Assembly: GCA_016234205.1 (NCBI GenBank) | Contig: JACRGN010000234.1 | Span: forward strand, 1 to 38,698 | Length of the DNA: 38,698 bases | From: Nitrospinota bacterium | GTDB lineage: Bacteria; Nitrospinota; Nitrospinia; UBA9942 | Direction: 5' to 3' | Shown: piece by piece, positions 29,068 through 38,234 of the stretch | Numbering within the stretch: position 1 is the stretch's first letter | How the letters are laid out: each line of letters opens with the position of its first letter | The notes under the pieces: model-generated | What the model saw: only the letters and a program-made list of their open reading frames with translations | Database searches by the model: none | What the model was told of the DNA's origin: nothing | Made by a program: the position numbers and the translations under genes

Positions 29068-31268
29068 GGTTTCTTGCTTCTTGCTTCTTGCTTCTTGTCT
29101 CAGGTACCTGTGCCGCTGAATCCTTCTCTGAGCCGATTATACAGGATGGGCATAAAAAGGTTATTCGTTCCTTATCCTTTTCCCCTGATGGTAATATTAT
29201 TGCCTCCGGAGGGCTTGATAGAACTATTAAATTATGGGATGCCCATGACGTGTCCCTTTTAAAGACCTTTTCTGGTCATACGGGTTCTGTTAATTCAATT
29301 GCCATCTCCCCGGATGGCAGATTACTTGCGTCATGTAGCGATGATAGCACCATAAGGCTCTGGGACATTAAGAAGAGAAGCAGTGTCGCTTCACTATCGG
29401 GTCACAAAGGATCTGTCTTTTCTGTTGCCTTTTCTCCTGACGGCAGATTGCTTGCTTCAGGGGGTGATGATAAAACTGTAAGGCTCTGGGACATTGAGAA
29501 GAGAAGTAGTGTCGCTGCACTATCGGGTCACAATGGATCCGTCTTTTCTGTTGCCTTCTCGCCGGGAGGGGATATTCTTATCTCTGCAAGTGGCGACGCT
29601 ACTATCGGGATATGGGATGTTCACCCCGTTAGAAGTCTGCATGCAAAGGATAGCGAAATAACCATACAGTTAAATGACTCTGATAATGGGACTTCTAACG
29701 AGGTGAAAAAGAGAACCCCACAATTTCTTACAGGGCACAGTGGTGCAGTCCATACGGTTACATTTTCTCCAGATGGAAGACTCCTTGCATCAGGAGGTGA
29801 TGACGAAACCATAAAATTATGGGACATTAAGAATATGAAAATAGTTGAAACCCTCTTTGAGCATCATGAGAGCGGCTTTCACCCCATCTATAACCTCCGA
29901 TTTTCATCGGATGGTGAGATTCTGGCAACGGCTGGTGCCTATCCCAATGTCCATTTATGGGACATAAAGAAAAAGATGGTCATAAAGATGCTTTACGATA
30001 ATTCCCACGCAGTTTATTCTGTGGACTTTTCGCCAAAAGAGAGGATTGCGGTCTCGGGGGGATGGGATACAACTATCAAGCTCTGGGATATCACCACAGG
30101 AACAAAGACTCATACTTTTGAAAACCGCATCAGACAGCTATATCTGCAATCTTTTACCAGGGATGGAAGAGTATTGACTATCGGGAGTTGGGATAAGGCA
30201 ATTAAAATCTGGGATGTTTCAAGAAGCCAGAAGCCAGAAGCCAGAAGCCAGAAAATAGAAAATAGTTTATTACAAAATTTCTTTGAAAAACAGGATGGGC
30301 TTATTGAATCTGTAGCACTATCTGAGGATAACCGGATGCTCGCAGCGGGATACAGGGATAACACAGTAAAGATATGGGATTTTGAAAACTTGTCCCTGCA
30401 AGGTTTAAGCAGGGAGAGAACCCCTCTTGCAGTCTTTAAGGGGCATGAGAATTGGCCTATATGTATAGAGTTTTCACCAGGAGGAAGTGTAGTGGCATCG
30501 GGTGGGCTGGATAGGACAGTGAGGCTCTGGGATATTCGCCAGAAAGCCCCTATTGCAACCCTTAGAGGGCATAATGAGCCGATTAAGTCACTTAACTTTT
30601 CTCTTGACGGGAACATTCTTATCTCAACAGGATGGGGTGGAGAAATGCTCGCATGGGATATAAATCTGCAATCCCCTGTTGATACTTTTAAAGGGTATAA
30701 TGGCATGACACATCTCGCCAGATTTTCCCCTGATGGTAATCATGTGGCAATCGTAACAAAGGAGAATACGGTTTTACTTCTCAGTATAGATGGAAAATCA
30801 ATAATCCCCCTCACCCCCCCTTTAGAAAAGGGGGGTATGGGGGGATTTTCAAGCGGAAAGGCGACTATAAATACTATTGCCTTCTCTCCTGACGGGCATC
30901 TCCTTGCTATCGGCGATGGAGCAAATATGGTGAGTCTATGGAGGTTTTCAGCATTCCGCCTTGAGCTTTCAGCTTCATTTGAAGGGCATACTGATTCTGT
31001 TTATGAGGTAGCCTTTTCTACCGATGGAAAGAGGTTGGTATCAGGCAGTGAAGACCATAGTATAAAGGTGTGGGATATAGAAAAGGGAATACCACTCATG
31101 ACCCTTCTGGCTATAGAGAGGGATGATTTTTTAGTCTGTCAGCAGGATAATAATTATATAGCATCTGAAGGCGCAAAAAAGTATGTAAAAAACAGTGAAA
31201 GTGTAAGTGACAGTGTCAGTAAAAACAAAAATGCTTATACTTACACTGACACTGACACTAATCACTGA
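29064..31268 (+). CDS. Exported WD40-repeat protein (roughly two 7-bladed propellers)
   Basis: Repeated GH...V.SVAFSPDG..LASG..D.T.RLWD; signal-like N-terminus; ATGA overlap with the SNase-like gene. Confidence 0.92.
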   Translation: MRFLASCFLLLVSGTCAAESFSEPIIQDGHKKVIRSLSFSPDGNIIASGGLDRTIKLWDAHDVSLLKTFSGHTGSVNSIAISPDGRLLASCSDDSTIRLWDIKKRSSVASLSGHKGSVFSVAFSPDGRLLASGGDDKTVRLWDIEKRSSVAALSGHNGSVFSVAFSPGGDILISASGDATIGIWDVHPVRSLHAKDSEITIQLNDSDNGTSNEVKKRTPQFLTGHSGAVHTVTFSPDGRLLASGGDDETIKLWDIKNMKIVETLFEHHESGFHPIYNLRFSSDGEILATAGAYPNVHLWDIKKKMVIKMLYDNSHAVYSVDFSPKERIAVSGGWDTTIKLWDITTGTKTHTFENRIRQLYLQSFTRDGRVLTIGSWDKAIKIWDVSRSQKPEARSQKIENSLLQNFFEKQDGLIESVALSEDNRMLAAGYRDNTVKIWDFENLSLQGLSRERTPLAVFKGHENWPICIEFSPGGSVVASGGLDRTVRLWDIRQKAPIATLRGHNEPIKSLNFSLDGNILISTGWGGEMLAWDINLQSPVDTFKGYNGMTHLARFSPDGNHVAIVTKENTVLLLSIDGKSIIPLTPPLEKGGMGGFSSGKATINTIAFSPDGHLLAIGDGANMVSLWRFSAFRLELSASFEGHTDSVYEVAFSTDGKRLVSGSEDHSIKVWDIEKGIPLMTLLAIERDDFLVCQQDNNYIASEGAKKYVKNSESVSDSVSKNKNAYTYTDTDTNH
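29620..29707. mobile_element. MITE-like element with 18-bp terminal inverted repeats inserted in frame in the WD40 gene
   Basis: ttcaccccgttagaagtc ... gacttctaacgaggtgaa (one mismatch); adds 28 aa between WDV and KKR, whereas sister repeats read WDIKKR. Confidence 0.75.
30803..30848. repeat. GC-rich REP-like palindrome in frame in the WD40 gene (IPLTPPLEKGGMGGF)
   Basis: aatccccc-tca-ccccccc-tttagaaaa-gggggg-tat-ggggggatt; relatives at 3113-3153, 23991-24022 and 37513-37545. Confidence 0.75.
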
Positions 31269-31273
31269 CACTA
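31192..31273. repeat. Hexamer hairpin forming the 3' end of the WD40 gene
   Basis: agtgaaagtgtaagtgacagtgtcagtaaaaacaaaaat...acttacactgacactgacact translates as SESVSDSVSKNKNAYTYTDTDTNH; near-identical left arm at 32498. Confidence 0.8.
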
Positions 31274-31276
31274 ATT

Positions 31277-32494
31277 ATGCCATCTTTTAAATATAAGGCT
31301 ACAGATATTACTGGAATGGTTATTGAAGGGGTTATGGAAGCAAAGGAGGAAAGGTCTGTCATAACCATACTTCAAAATCGCGGGTATATCCCTATAAATG
31401 TTGCCCCCCCCGATGTTAAAAAAAAGGGTAGAGAAAACCCCTGGCGGCTTCTCTTACAACGTGTTCCACAGCAACAGGTCATAAATTTTACCAGGGAGCT
31501 GGCAGGTTTGTTAAAGGCAGGTATTCCTATTGATAGAAGTATTAAGACGCTTATTGGTATTGTAGAAAAGAAGAGATTTAAAAAGGTGCTTGAAAATATC
31601 TTAAGTTCCATTGAGAAGGGGAGTTCTGTTGCCGAGGCACTGGAAGATTTTCCAACAGTGTTTCCACCCTTTTATGTCAACTTAGTACGGGCTGGAGAGG
31701 CAAGCGCTACCCTTGATGCGACCCTCAGGAGGTTAAGTGATTTTCTTTCAAGGTCTAAGGAGCTCAGAAACTATATCATATCTGCTATGATATATCCTGC
31801 TATTCTTACAATCTTCAGTGGATTCTCTATAATCATCCTGTTAACCTTCGTTATACCAAAATTTGCGGAGACATTCTCAGAGATAGGACAGGCAATCCCC
31901 CTATCAACAACAATTCTAATGAGGGTAAGCGGGACTGTTAGAAATTACTGGTGGGTATTTATCCTCTCCCTGCTTGGTCCCTACCTGCTCTTTTACAGTT
32001 ATAAGAGAACAGATGACGGAAGGCTTGTCTGGGATCAACTCAAGCTTAAGATGCCTGTTGTTGGGACAATTATCAGAAATACAGAGGTTGTAAGATTCTC
32101 CAGGGCAATGGGGACCCTTCTTAAAGGCGGGGTTCCAGTTTTAAAATGTATTGATATTGTCAGTAATACCATTACCAACCGTTCTATTGCAAAGGCTATC
32201 ACGAGACTCTATGAGAGTGTGAGACATGGTGAGGGGCTTGGGCTGCCATTAAAGAAGGAGGCAATATTTCCACTTATGGCAGTTGAGATGATTATCGTGG
32301 GTGAAGAGACAGGGCGATTGGATGAGATGCTTCTTGAGGTGGCAGATACATTTGAAAGCCATCTGAGGGAAAATGCAAAGAGATTTCTATCTATCATGGA
32401 GCCGGCATTAATAATCTTCATGGGGGTGGTTGTAGGTTTTATCGTTGTATCCATGCTGCTTGCTATCTTCAGTATAAACGAGATACCATTTTAA
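31277..32494 (+). CDS. gspF: Type II secretion inner-membrane platform protein F
   Basis: FTRELAGLLKAGIP, AGEAS, SAMIYPAIL, FVIPKF, VGEETGRLDEML, MEPALI. Confidence 0.93.
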   Translation: MPSFKYKATDITGMVIEGVMEAKEERSVITILQNRGYIPINVAPPDVKKKGRENPWRLLLQRVPQQQVINFTRELAGLLKAGIPIDRSIKTLIGIVEKKRFKKVLENILSSIEKGSSVAEALEDFPTVFPPFYVNLVRAGEASATLDATLRRLSDFLSRSKELRNYIISAMIYPAILTIFSGFSIIILLTFVIPKFAETFSEIGQAIPLSTTILMRVSGTVRNYWWVFILSLLGPYLLFYSYKRTDDGRLVWDQLKLKMPVVGTIIRNTEVVRFSRAMGTLLKGGVPVLKCIDIVSNTITNRSIAKAITRLYESVRHGEGLGLPLKKEAIFPLMAVEMIIVGEETGRLDEMLLEVADTFESHLRENAKRFLSIMEPALIIFMGVVVGFIVVSMLLAIFSINEIPF

Positions 32495-32568
32495 AAAAGT
32501 GTAAGTGTAAGTGACAGTGTCAGTAAAAACAAAAATACTTACACTTACACTTACACTTTTTTGGGGAG

Positions 32569-33021
32569 ATGTTTATGAAATGGGGGCTTTTTAAAATCAA
32601 AAATAATGAGAGGGGTTTTACCCTTATAGAGCTGTTGATAGTGCTTATAATCCTTGGACTACTCGCTGCACTGGTCGCGCCGAGGTTCTTTGGTCATGTG
32701 GGGAGATCTAAGCTTAAGGCGGCAAAGATGCAGATAGAACTCTTTGGCACCGCTCTGGATGCGATGCGTCTGGATATAGGACGATACCCTACAACCGATG
32801 AGGGTCTGGCATTGACACGGTCAAGTCCGGGGTCTGTGGAGGGGTGGAGGGGTCCATATATACCCAAGAATATACCACTTGACCCATGGAGAAGACCCTA
32901 TGTATATCTCTCTCCAGGCGAACATGGAGAATATGAAATTATATCCTATGGTGCTGATGGTGCGGCTGGTGGCACAGGAGAGGATCAAGATATCGTCAAC
33001 TGGAAAGACATTGAGGAGTAG
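32569..33021 (+). CDS. gspG: Type II secretion major pseudopilin G
   Basis: NERG|FTLIELL; ALDAMRLDIGRYPTTDEGL; WRGPY; DPWRRPYVY; ISYGADG. Confidence 0.95.
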   Translation: MFMKWGLFKIKNNERGFTLIELLIVLIILGLLAALVAPRFFGHVGRSKLKAAKMQIELFGTALDAMRLDIGRYPTTDEGLALTRSSPGSVEGWRGPYIPKNIPLDPWRRPYVYLSPGEHGEYEIISYGADGAAGGTGEDQDIVNWKDIEE

Positions 33022-33544
33022 AAATCTTCAATCTTCAATCTTCAATCTTCAATCTATTGACGGGTTCACTATGGTGGAACTCCTGGTGGTTCTGTTCCTC
33101 ATCGGACTGATGCTTTCTATTGCTGTTCCCTCCTTTATACATACCGTAGAAACTCTTAAATTCAAGGCAACTGCCCGTAAGATAGTCTCAACACTTAGAT
33201 ATGCCAGAAATACCGCAGTATTTAAGCAGATGTCCCAGGCTGTTGGTTTTGATATAGATAATAATCTCTACTACCTGGAGGGGCATGGGATTGAGGGGGA
33301 TGAAGACCCTCTCTCAAGGAGTATAAAAACCTTTACGCTCCCTTCAGATGTCTCTATTAAGTCTCTGGAGATGGTTAAAGAGAGGATTGAATCAGGAAAA
33401 GGTAATATCCTGTTTTATCCTGACGGGAGTTCCAGCAGCGGCACAATCATAGTGAGAAATAAGAGGACAGATGAGGGATTCAGAATTGAGGTAGATATTT
33501 TTACCGGTCTCACACAGGTAACATTTTATAGTTTCAGTGAATAG
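33011..33544 (+). CDS. gspH: Minor pseudopilin H (GspH/FimT-like)
   Basis: DG|FTMVELL; LRYARNTAV; ILFYPDGSSSSGTI. Most plausible start is in-frame TTG 33011 overlapping the end of gspG. Confidence 0.85.
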   Translation: MRSRNLQSSIFNLQSIDGFTMVELLVVLFLIGLMLSIAVPSFIHTVETLKFKATARKIVSTLRYARNTAVFKQMSQAVGFDIDNNLYYLEGHGIEGDEDPLSRSIKTFTLPSDVSIKSLEMVKERIESGKGNILFYPDGSSSSGTIIVRNKRTDEGFRIEVDIFTGLTQVTFYSFSE

Positions 33545-33601
33545 TGACAGTGTCAGTAGAGAAAATACTGCCACTGTCACTGTCACTGTCACTGTCACTG
33601 T

Positions 33602-34003
33602 ATGAACAATGAAAAGGGTTTTAGTCTTCTGGAGGCGCTGGTTGCTATTACTATACTGGGAATCACCCTCGGAATCATCATGGCACTCTTTTCCGGTGCA
33701 ATGAGATCGGTAGGTGCCTCAGAGGAGTATTCTAAAGCACTTCTCCTTGCGAGGAAGGAAATGGAGGATACAATGCTCATGGAGGATATCCACTTAGGAG
33801 CAGAGGATGGGAGTTTTGGCAATGGCTACACATGGAAGAGAACTATAAGCTCTCTTAAGATATCAGAAGAAGATGAATATTTAAATGAGAACCTCCCTTT
33901 TAACCTATACGAGATTGAAATAAAAGTAAAATGGTGGAGTTGGAAAGTAGAGAAGATGATGAGTCTCAGGAGTATAATTCTCAGGGAGACTCTTGAGGAG
34001 TAG
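33602..34003 (+). CDS. gspI: Minor pseudopilin I
   Basis: EKG|FSLLEALVAITIL; LYEIEIKVKW; position in operon. Confidence 0.87.
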   Translation: MNNEKGFSLLEALVAITILGITLGIIMALFSGAMRSVGASEEYSKALLLARKEMEDTMLMEDIHLGAEDGSFGNGYTWKRTISSLKISEEDEYLNENLPFNLYEIEIKVKWWSWKVEKMMSLRSIILRETLEE

Positions 34004-34087
34004 GAACAAAAAATCAAAGTGTCAGTGTCAGTTTTTAGTGTCAGTGCTTTTTTACTGACACTGACACTATTCACTAACACTTATTAT

Positions 34088-34771
34088 ATGTCTAAAAGAT
34101 TTCACCGAATATTTACCAATGTTGAAGGATTCACATTGATGGAGATACTTGTCTCCATGCTCATATTAAGTATGGTTGCCATTTTGATATTGCAGGGATT
34201 AAGGGTTGGTTATAAAGTGTGGGAGAAGGGGGAATCAAAGGTTGCCCACCAGCAAAGGATGAGGATTGCCTTAGATACAATTTCTAAACAACTGAGTTCT
34301 GCATATCCATTTCTTGTAAAGGATGAAAATGGAAGCCCCTCCCCTGTGTTCAAGGTGGAGTCTAAAATGATACAGTTTGTAACAAGTAGGCCTATAGGAA
34401 TGAGCAATCGCGGAGGATTGTTTTTTGTAATCTATAGCTTGAAAAATATCCCTTATTCAGAAAATAGGATACTGGTTGCTTATCAGAAACCTATTTACAT
34501 GGTTGAGGATTTTAAAAATCTTGATATAAATAATGAGGAGGCTATTAATCTAATACCTGATATTATGAACATAGAATGGAGCTATTCATCATGGGAAGGG
34601 GATGGGTTGGAGGATTCTTTAAAGATACAGAAAGAGAAAGAAAAATCTCTGCCCAAAGAGGTTACGCTGACACTGAGGCACAGTGAAGGAGAGCATAGCT
34701 ATCTTACACAGGTTACAATCCCCATCATGATGTCAAGCAAGAAGCCATTAAAAGAGAAAACAAAGACCTAA
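34088..34771 (+). CDS. gspJ: Minor pseudopilin J
   Basis: EG|FTLMEILVSM; C-terminal LPKEV. Start reset to ATG 34088 because the upstream extension is a hexamer repeat. Confidence 0.85.
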   Translation: MSKRFHRIFTNVEGFTLMEILVSMLILSMVAILILQGLRVGYKVWEKGESKVAHQQRMRIALDTISKQLSSAYPFLVKDENGSPSPVFKVESKMIQFVTSRPIGMSNRGGLFFVIYSLKNIPYSENRILVAYQKPIYMVEDFKNLDINNEEAINLIPDIMNIEWSYSSWEGDGLEDSLKIQKEKEKSLPKEVTLTLRHSEGEHSYLTQVTIPIMMSSKKPLKEKTKT

Positions 34772-34774
34772 TTT

Positions 34775-34951
34775 TAGCCACAGAGGCACGGAGGCACAGA
34801 GAGAGACAAAGGCAAAAAAGATTAAGGAGAAAGGGAGAAGATGGAGAGATGGAGAAAAGGTAAAATTAAATATTTTTCCCATTCCCCCCTTTCTCAAATT
34901 TCCCCATTTCTCCTTATTGTTTTCCTCTGTGTCTCAGTGCCTCTGTGGCAA
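34775..34951. repeat. Nested inverted repeat element between gspJ and gspK
   Basis: gccacagaggcacggaggcacagag [aaggagaaagggagaagatggagagatggagaaa ... ttcccattccccctttctc...ttccccatttctcctt] ctctgtgtctcagtgcctctgtggc. Confidence 0.85.
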
Positions 34952-34970
34952 ATTTTATAATTTCATATAC

Positions 34971-35987
34971 ATGAACAAAAATCTTATAAACGAAAAAGGA
35001 ATCGCACTCATCATGGTCTTGTGGGTTGTCATCCTTCTGGGCGTCATTGTGAATACCTTTGCATGGATGGTCCGTACTGAGGCACAGGCGGTTGGTAATT
35101 TCAAGGAAGAGACGAGGGCATATTACCTTGCAAGGGGCGGTTTTCAGCAGACTATCCTGAAACTGCTAAAGAGTCAAGAAAGCACTGTCCATGAACCTCT
35201 AAAAGAAGGGCTGAAGTTAGACGGCAGGGTTAACATGATCCATTTTATAGATGGGTATGCAGAGGTGAGAGTGATGGATGAAGGGGGGAAGATAGATATA
35301 AATGTGGCAAGTAGAGATGACATTATCAGGGTTATTACTGCCCTGGGTTTTGATGTGGAAGATAAAGATGTAATAGCAGATTCTATACTTGACTGGATTG
35401 ATGAGAATAACTTTCATAGACTTAACGGGGCTGAGGATGATTATTACAGGTCACTCCCTGAACCATACAGGGCTAAAAATGAACCACTTAACACAGTAGA
35501 TGAGCTCCTGTGGGTCAGGGGTATCACCCCGAAAATATTCTATAACCAGGTGGTAAGCCGAAGTCCTGAATGGGGCGAAATGGAAACCGAAGCCTTGAGT
35601 GAATCGAATGGGAATATATCAATAGAAGATAGAAAATTCAGAACAGGGCTGGAGAGTGTCTTTACAGTGTTTACCGGTTCTAATAAGATAAATATTAATA
35701 CTGCACCTATCTCACTACTTTTATCCCTCCCTGGTGTTGGTGAGGCGCAAATTGAAAGAATAATCGCTGTAAGGGAAGAGAGACCCTTTCGTGATATGAG
35801 TGATCTGATAGGGACAGTTGCATTCCCTCCTGAAAACGGAAAATTTATCAGCTTTTCTCCTTCAGAGATATATACTATAGAGGTTACAGGAAAGTTAAAT
35901 GGAAGCCATGTCCGACGCTCCTTTAAATCGGTAGTCAAGGTCAAGGGGAAGACTGATTATGATATTCTTTATTGGAAGGAAGGATAA
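34971..35987 (+). CDS. gspK: Minor pseudopilin K
   Basis: EKG|IALIMVLWV; DEGGKIDIN; IADSILDWID; GAEDDYY; ELLWVRGIT; ININTAP. Start reset to ATG 34971. Confidence 0.92.
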   Translation: MNKNLINEKGIALIMVLWVVILLGVIVNTFAWMVRTEAQAVGNFKEETRAYYLARGGFQQTILKLLKSQESTVHEPLKEGLKLDGRVNMIHFIDGYAEVRVMDEGGKIDINVASRDDIIRVITALGFDVEDKDVIADSILDWIDENNFHRLNGAEDDYYRSLPEPYRAKNEPLNTVDELLWVRGITPKIFYNQVVSRSPEWGEMETEALSESNGNISIEDRKFRTGLESVFTVFTGSNKININTAPISLLLSLPGVGEAQIERIIAVREERPFRDMSDLIGTVAFPPENGKFISFSPSEIYTIEVTGKLNGSHVRRSFKSVVKVKGKTDYDILYWKEG

Positions 35988-36038
35988 TGACAAATATATA
36001 GCAAAATCAAATTGTTTGGATTATAATATGCCAATTTT

Positions 36039-37514
36039 ATGTTACTATCAAAATCATCATTAGGGATAAGCTTTTGGGATGATAGGGTTGATCTTCTCCA
36101 TTTAAATCGCTTCTTTGGTAAGACTACTGTGGTAAATCGTCTATCTATGCCTTTTGTATACGGGATGAAGAGGGAAGAATTTGAAAGGGATGTATCAGCC
36201 TTTATGAAGGCAAATCGACTTCAAAGGATAATGACCTATGTTGCCCTTCCACGAAGGGATGTTGTGCTTCTCAACCTTGAATTACCCGGTAATGTTGAAG
36301 AGAATTTGAGGGAGGTAGTAGGTTATGAGCTGGATAATTATACGCCTTTTTCCGTGGATACAGCCTATTTCGATTTTCAAAATCTGGGGCATACCGTGGA
36401 TGGAAGTAAGGTCAGAATACTTCTAACAGCTATAGAGAAAGAGCGTCTCAACTACTACCTCGAACTCCTTAAAGGGGTGGGACTCAAGCCTATTTCTATG
36501 GAGATAAGCTCCACTGCCATTGCCAGAACAATTCCATTTGATAGCCTCAGCGGTGGCAAAAATGCCGTCCTTTACATAGGGGCTAATACATGCGAGATCT
36601 CCTTTCATAACGAAAAGAATCTGGAGTACTCAAGGGCGTTTGATATAACCTCTCCTGAACTTAATTTAGGAAAAAGTCAGGTTATAGATACAATTCTGAA
36701 GGAATATAAAAGGGTATTTCCTTCTGGTTTTGGTGAACAAGAAATAAAGAAAGTGGTTGTATTAGGGGATGGGATATCCGACGAGGAGTTTCTAAAGGAA
36801 ATCTCTAATGCTATAGGTAAAGAGGTAGTGAGGGTTAAAACTTTTAAAGGTATAGATAGTGATGGCTCAGATATTCAACTTCAGAGGGCTGCCCTTGGCT
36901 GTGCTCTGCGAGGACTTTATGGTGATACCGCTGCGATGAATTTCCTTGCTGTGAAGGTAGATAGAGATAAGACACCGAGGGTTCTGAGATTTGCAGCAAT
37001 AATATTATTCATCATTTTAGTATCCCTGTGGGTGGGAGAGTTTGTCTTACGGGTAAAGAAGGAAATTAAAACCTTAACCCAGATTAAAGAGAAGGTAATG
37101 CTGCTGGAAAGGGCAGCTATCTCTGTTGAAGGACTTAAAAAAGAGATTATTGTTATGGAAGAGCGTCTCCCGCAACTTAATAATTTCAGTAAAAGGAGAG
37201 TGATCTTTCTTTCCTTTTTTAAGGAGCTTACTGATGTCATTCCATCGAATACTTACCTGACTATGCTTAAATATCATGATAATGAGATAGAGATTGTTGG
37301 ACGTTCAGCATCAGCAGTTAGCCTTCTTTCTCTCCTTGAGGCATCCCCTGTTTTTAAGGATGTGGAATTCTCTGCTACAGTGAAAAGGAGAGAGGCTGTT
37401 AGAGAAAGGTCTGGAGGAAGGGCTGTCATTGCAGGAGGTGAAACTCTGCCTTCTATTAGTGAGGATATATATTTAGAAAACTTTAGTATTAAAGCAAAAT
37501 TAGAGGGCATGTAA
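36039..37514 (+). CDS. gspL: Type II secretion protein L (PilM-like cytoplasmic domain, TM, PilN-like domain)
   Basis: LNLELP...YELDNYTPF...AYFDF; ALGCALRG; TM; ELTDVIPSNTYL...LEASPVFKDVEF; position after gspK. Confidence 0.8.
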   Translation: MLLSKSSLGISFWDDRVDLLHLNRFFGKTTVVNRLSMPFVYGMKREEFERDVSAFMKANRLQRIMTYVALPRRDVVLLNLELPGNVEENLREVVGYELDNYTPFSVDTAYFDFQNLGHTVDGSKVRILLTAIEKERLNYYLELLKGVGLKPISMEISSTAIARTIPFDSLSGGKNAVLYIGANTCEISFHNEKNLEYSRAFDITSPELNLGKSQVIDTILKEYKRVFPSGFGEQEIKKVVVLGDGISDEEFLKEISNAIGKEVVRVKTFKGIDSDGSDIQLQRAALGCALRGLYGDTAAMNFLAVKVDRDKTPRVLRFAAIILFIILVSLWVGEFVLRVKKEIKTLTQIKEKVMLLERAAISVEGLKKEIIVMEERLPQLNNFSKRRVIFLSFFKELTDVIPSNTYLTMLKYHDNEIEIVGRSASAVSLLSLLEASPVFKDVEFSATVKRREAVRERSGGRAVIAGGETLPSISEDIYLENFSIKAKLEGM

Positions 37515-37547
37515 TCCCCCTTAATAAAGGGGGTTAGGGGGTTGTTT

Positions 37548-38129
37548 ATGAATATTACAAAGAAAAGCAAAAAGATTTTAATGTTCGGCGGGATTTTGTT
37601 AGGTATCACCGCCTTCTATACCTTGCTTTTTGAACCCCTTATGAAATATGAGAAAATAATGGAGGAGGATATCGCACTCAAGGAAGGACTCTTAACTCGT
37701 TATAAGGCCACCCTTGAGGGCAGATCTGACATAGAGGCGAAACATAGAAAGGGAAAGACCCTCTTAGAGAGGGCAAAGAACCGTATCTTTATTGCAAAGA
37801 CTCAGGCACTCGCTGCAGCACAGCTCCAGTCCATCATACAGAGCAGCGCCGGAATACATAATGTAACGATTAAGAGTATTAACATAAAGAAGGTAGAAAA
37901 GCCTGTCCCGTTAGCTGTTAAAATGGGAGTTGAGGGTTACAATACGATATCCCTTCAGCTTGCCACCTATAGCAATATGAGGGGGCTCATTGATCTCCTA
38001 TATGACCTTGAAACAGCCAGCAGGTTTATTAATATTACCTCAGTTACCATAAAAGGTGAGATTGTAAAGGAGGCATCAAGGCTTGATGCAACCCTCATTG
38101 TTGAGGGGCTTGCTGAGATAGAGGGCTAA
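37548..38129 (+). CDS. gspM: Type II secretion protein M (GspM/PilO-like)
   Basis: N-terminal TM, coiled coil, ALAAAQLQS, LIDLLYDLE; position after gspL. Confidence 0.8.
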   Translation: MNITKKSKKILMFGGILLGITAFYTLLFEPLMKYEKIMEEDIALKEGLLTRYKATLEGRSDIEAKHRKGKTLLERAKNRIFIAKTQALAAAQLQSIIQSSAGIHNVTIKSINIKKVEKPVPLAVKMGVEGYNTISLQLATYSNMRGLIDLLYDLETASRFINITSVTIKGEIVKEASRLDATLIVEGLAEIEG

Positions 38130-38139
38130 AAAATAATGG

Positions 38140-38229
38140 AACCACAAGATTTCACAGATTTACACCAGATGACATGCTAAGAGTTCAGAATAACATTCTT
38201 GTGATAATCTTGTGTTAATCTCGTGGTTT
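38140..38229. repeat. Inverted tandem repeat (cacagatt)n / (aatcttgtg)n
   Basis: aaccacaagatttcacagatttacaccagat ... ttcttgtgataatcttgtgttaatctcgtggtt; related left-arm units at 22642-22706. Confidence 0.72.
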
Positions 38230-38234
38230 TAAAT

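Noticed and set aside
32879-33010. Track start of gspH at 32879 (also extended starts at 12850, 21874, 24326, 34019, 34917)
   Set aside because: Extensions overlap upstream genes or translate intergenic or repeat DNA; downstream starts fit SD, signal or prepilin positions better
31277-38129. Type IV pilus operon rather than T2SS
   Set aside because: GspG-specific (DPW, YP...GL, SYGADG) and GspK motifs identify pseudopilins
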